Source of the DNA: Podarcis bocagei
Taxonomy: Eukaryota
Direction: 5' to 3' (one strand)
NCBI GenBank assembly: GCA_964188305.1
Contig: OZ076886.1
Length of the DNA stretch: 64,000 nucleotides
Of the stretch, positions 62,644 to 64,000 are shown piece by piece. Numbering within the stretch: the first letter of the stretch is position 1; each line of letters begins with the position of its first letter. The notes beneath the pieces are model-generated. The model searched no databases, was not told the DNA's origin, and saw nothing but the letters and a program-made list of their open reading frames with translations. The position numbers were made by a program, and so were the translations under genes.

Positions 62644-64000
62644 TTATTATTATTTATATCCTGCCCTCCCCAGCCGAAGCCGGGCTCAGGGCGGCTAACA
62701 ACAATAAAATAATACAACATTCTAAAATAATTTCATTATAAAATTAATTCAAATCAAATTAATGGCAACCATTGGGCTAGAGTTCTGTGAAGATCGCCAA
62801 AAGGAGGGAGTCAGGCTGTGCCCTGGCCAAAGGCCTGGTGGAACAGCTCTGCCTTGCAGGCCCTGAGAAAAGATGTCAAGTCGCGCAGGGCCCTAGTCTC
62901 TTGTGACAGAGCGTTCCACCAGATCGGAGCCACAGCCAAAAAAGGCCTGGCTCTGGTTGAGGCCAGCCTAACCTCTCTGTGGCCTGGGTCCTCCAAGATG
63001 TTTTTGTTTGAAGACTGTAAGTTCCTCTGTGGGACATACCAGGAGAGGTGGTCCCGTAGGTACGAGGGTCCTAGGCAATAACGGGCTTTAAAGGTTAAAA
63101 CCAGCACCTTAAACCTGATCCTGTACTCCACCGGGAGCCAGTGCAGCTGGTATAGCACTGGGTGAATGTGATCTCACAGCGAGGACCCCGTAAGGAGTCT
63201 CGCCGTAGCATTCTGCACCCGCTGGAGTTTCTGGGTCAGTCTCAAGGGCAGCTCCATGTACAGCGAGTTACAATAATCCAGTCTGGAGGTGACCGTTGCG
63301 TGGATCACAGTGGCTAGGTCAGGGCAAGAGAGGTAAGGAGCCAACTGCTTAGCTTGGCAAAGATGAAAAAATGCCACCTTTGTTATAGATGCAATCTGCA
63401 CCTCCATGGAAAGGGAGGTGTCGAAGATTACACCCAAACTCTTAACGGACGGTGCTGGCACTAATTGCGACCCCGCAAGAGATGGGAGTTGCACCCCCAA
63501 TCCCATATCGTCCCAACCCAGCCAAAGGACCTCTGTCTTCGAAGGATTTAACTTCAACCGGCTCCCACATAACCATCCAGCCACAGCTTCCAAACATCTG
63601 ATCAGTGTGTCTGGGGCCGAGTCAGGATGGCCATCCATCAACAGATAGAGTCGGGTGTCATCAGCATACAGATGGCAGCCCAACCCAAAACTCCAGAAAA
63701 GCTGGGCGAGGGGGCGCATAAAGATGTTGAAAAGCATCGGGGAGAGTATCACACCCTGAGGCACTCCACACACCAAGGAGTGGCCTGATGACAGTTCCAC
63801 CCCAAGCGCCACCCTCTGTCCCTGACCAGAGAGAAACGAGTGCAGCCATTGACGGACTGTGCCCTGGATCCCCACATCGGCAAGGCGGTGGTCCAGGAGT
63901 TCGTGATCGACCATGTCGAAGGCTGCTGACAGGTCAAGAAGAGTCAGCAGCCCCGACCCGCCTCGATCCAGCTACCTGCAGAGATCATCTGTTAGGGTGA
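62644..64000 (-). mobile_element. L2-clade LINE, RT domain to 3' end, running off the window
   Basis: ORF2 motifs DLSAAFDMVDH, GVPQGVILSPMLFNIFM, YADDT, KLNPSKTE, SRLDYCNSL, LHWLPVEYRIRFK. One premature stop at 63174-63176; (TAA)n tail near 62644. Confidence 0.92.

Noticed and set aside
62811-63914. Host reverse-transcriptase gene
   Set aside because: L2 ORF2 relic with a premature stop and a LINE tail.

Overview
Vertebrate nuclear DNA. The repeat content (tRNA-Lys/CR1 SINE, CORE-SINE, Bov-B, Rex1/Babar, Penelope, TA-target MITEs) points to a squamate, most likely a lacertid lizard. The only protein-coding gene I can support is COX10 (heme O synthase / protoheme IX farnesyltransferase) on the minus strand. 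Its last three coding exons are here: 53432-53502 (71 bp, missed by the ORF track), 29902-30134 (233 bp) and 17986-18392 (terminal). They splice in frame via GT-AG introns; the 5' exons appear to lie beyond the right edge. The first ~4.9 kb is CpG-island-like and, by recalled amniote synteny, may be upstream of HS3ST3B1. The rest is intron, 3' UTR and intergenic DNA with many transposon relics, microsatellites, one 166-N gap, a strong CTCF motif and several enhancer-like blocks. Most notable: (1) an intact 774-bp solo LTR almost filled by a 202-codon acidic/basic ORF with an overlapping antisense ORF; (2) a 148-bp near-perfect palindrome from a Penelope-like insertion inverted at its hammerhead-ribozyme stem; (3) a Tc1/mariner MITE with an apparent 26-bp flanking duplication. 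No prokaryotic-type system (CRISPR, operon) is present. Repeat family names come from my recall of consensus sequences, not from a database search.
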